IMG/VR virus record: IMGVR_UViG_3300031578_006468
Coordinates: 1 to 55,660 of that record
Length of the DNA stretch: 55,660 nt
Origin: a virus
Taxonomy: Duplodnaviria; Caudoviricetes
Direction: 5' to 3' (one strand)
Part shown: positions 54,721-55,660 of the stretch, piece after piece
How the letters are laid out: every line of letters begins with the position of its first letter
Position numbering within the stretch: the first letter of the stretch is position 1
Position numbers and translations under genes: made by a program
Notes under the pieces: generated by a model
Seen by the model: the letters and a program-made list of their open reading frames with translations, nothing else
Told to the model about the DNA's origin: nothing
The model's database searches: none

Positions 54721-55660
54721 ATGGAGATTAAAGGTATAAAGTATGTGGCACCGTGTTTAGATAACTCAGGATATGGTCAAGCTTCGCGTGGAAATATACT
54801 AGCACTTAATAAGCTAGGTATACCATTAACTGTAAAACCAGTAACTTTTGAAGCATTAAGACCAGATCTTGGAAAAGATGGTGAGATAATAAAAAGTTTA
54901 ATCAGTAAAGACATTGATTATAATGTAGTTATTGTGCATACTACTCCAGAATTCTGGAGTACACATATAGAAGATAATAAGCTTAATTTAGGCTACACTA
55001 TATGGGAGACTAGTAAACTTCATCCTAGTTGGAAAAATTATATAAATTATAATATAAATGCTGTAATGGTAGGATGTGAATGGAATGTAGAAGTATTTAA
55101 AAACAGTGGTATAACCAAACCTATATTTGTAGTTCCGCATGGTATAAATATAGCAGCTTTTGACAGCATAAACGATTTTAATATTAGAGGTTTAGCAGAA
55201 AACACCTACACTTTTTATAGTATTTTTCAGTGGGTTGAACGCAAACATCCCATCGCTCTTTTAAAAGCATATTGGTATGCGTTTCAGAACAATGAAAACG
55301 TTGCTTTGGTTTTAAAAACTTATAGAAGCGATTATAGTGATAGTGAGAAAGAGGCTATAAGGATTACCTTAAGAAGATTGAGGGAAGTTACTGTATTTAA
55401 TAATTATCCACCTGTATTTTTACTACCAAACATGTTAACCAGCGATGAGATATTAGGTCTACATAAACGTGGTGATTGTTATACATCGCTTGACAGGGGG
55501 GAGGGTTTTGGCTTAAGTCCTTTTATGGCCGGCGCAGTTGGTAACCCTATTATAGTTACTGGCTTTGGTGGCAGTACTGAATATGCTAAAGAAGACAACA
55601 GTTATCTAGTAGACTATCAGCTTACGCCAGTCAATGGTATGCCATGGAGCCCTTGGTATA
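54721..55660 (+). CDS. GT-B glycosyltransferase, GT4-like (3' partial; not in the ORF track)
   Basis: Hand translation from ATG 54721: MEIKGIKYVAPCLDNSGYGQASR...GYTIWET...VPHG...QWVERK...LLKAY...RGEGFGLSPFMA...NPIIVTGFGG. Open to the window end. Confidence 0.88.
   Translation, partial: MEIKGIKYVAPCLDNSGYGQASRGNILALNKLGIPLTVKPVTFEALRPDLGKDGEIIKSLISKDIDYNVVIVHTTPEFWSTHIEDNKLNLGYTIWETSKLHPSWKNYINYNINAVMVGCEWNVEVFKNSGITKPIFVVPHGINIAAFDSINDFNIRGLAENTYTFYSIFQWVERKHPIALLKAYWYAFQNNENVALVLKTYRSDYSDSEKEAIRITLRRLREVTVFNNYPPVFLLPNMLTSDEILGLHKRGDCYTSLDRGEGFGLSPFMAGAVGNPIIVTGFGGSTEYAKEDNSYLVDYQLTPVNGMPWSPWY

Noticed and set aside
1-55660. Stop-codon reassignment as in some large phages
   Set aside because: The standard code already gives dense coverage with ORFs up to 2992 aa. 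TAG and TGA end genes at sensible boundaries followed by RBS and start codons.
1-55660. Archaeal virus or bacterial chromosome origin
   Set aside because: The sigma70 promoter with RecA, DnaB, DnaG and DnaN points to a bacterial host. The clustering of divergent replication genes with HNH genes and giant fibre-like ORFs points to a phage, although no capsid or terminase is in the window.

Overview
AT-rich (roughly one-third GC by eye) segment of a large dsDNA bacteriophage (jumbo or huge phage type). All credible genes lie on the + strand and use the standard code with GGAG/AGGAGG ribosome-binding sites. Bases 1-41998 hold a partial HNH gene and about 41 kb of mostly unannotated putative virion genes. 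These include 1835-aa and 2992-aa giants with lectin-, discoidin-, LamG- and Ig-like modules and many internal paralogies, plus an embedded, apparently catalytically dead ComD/ComE-like (ThDP decarboxylase fold) gene pair. A consensus sigma70-type promoter at about 42008-42035 opens a replication/recombination block: sliding clamp, RecA, Vsr/DUF559-like nuclease, UvsY-like protein, DnaB, DnaG, a CxxC-containing SSB, DnaJ, RuvC-like resolvase, Cas4/AddB-like nuclease and an HNH nuclease. The window ends in a GT4 glycosyltransferase - thymidylate synthase-like - GT4 cluster. The most intriguing signals are the ComDE pseudoenzyme pair, a T-x-S-G motif enriched in the virion proteins (candidate glycosylation sequon for the GT4s), and an excess of GC-only palindromes such as GCCGGC. 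All calls are by eye and from recalled family motifs; no database searches were run.
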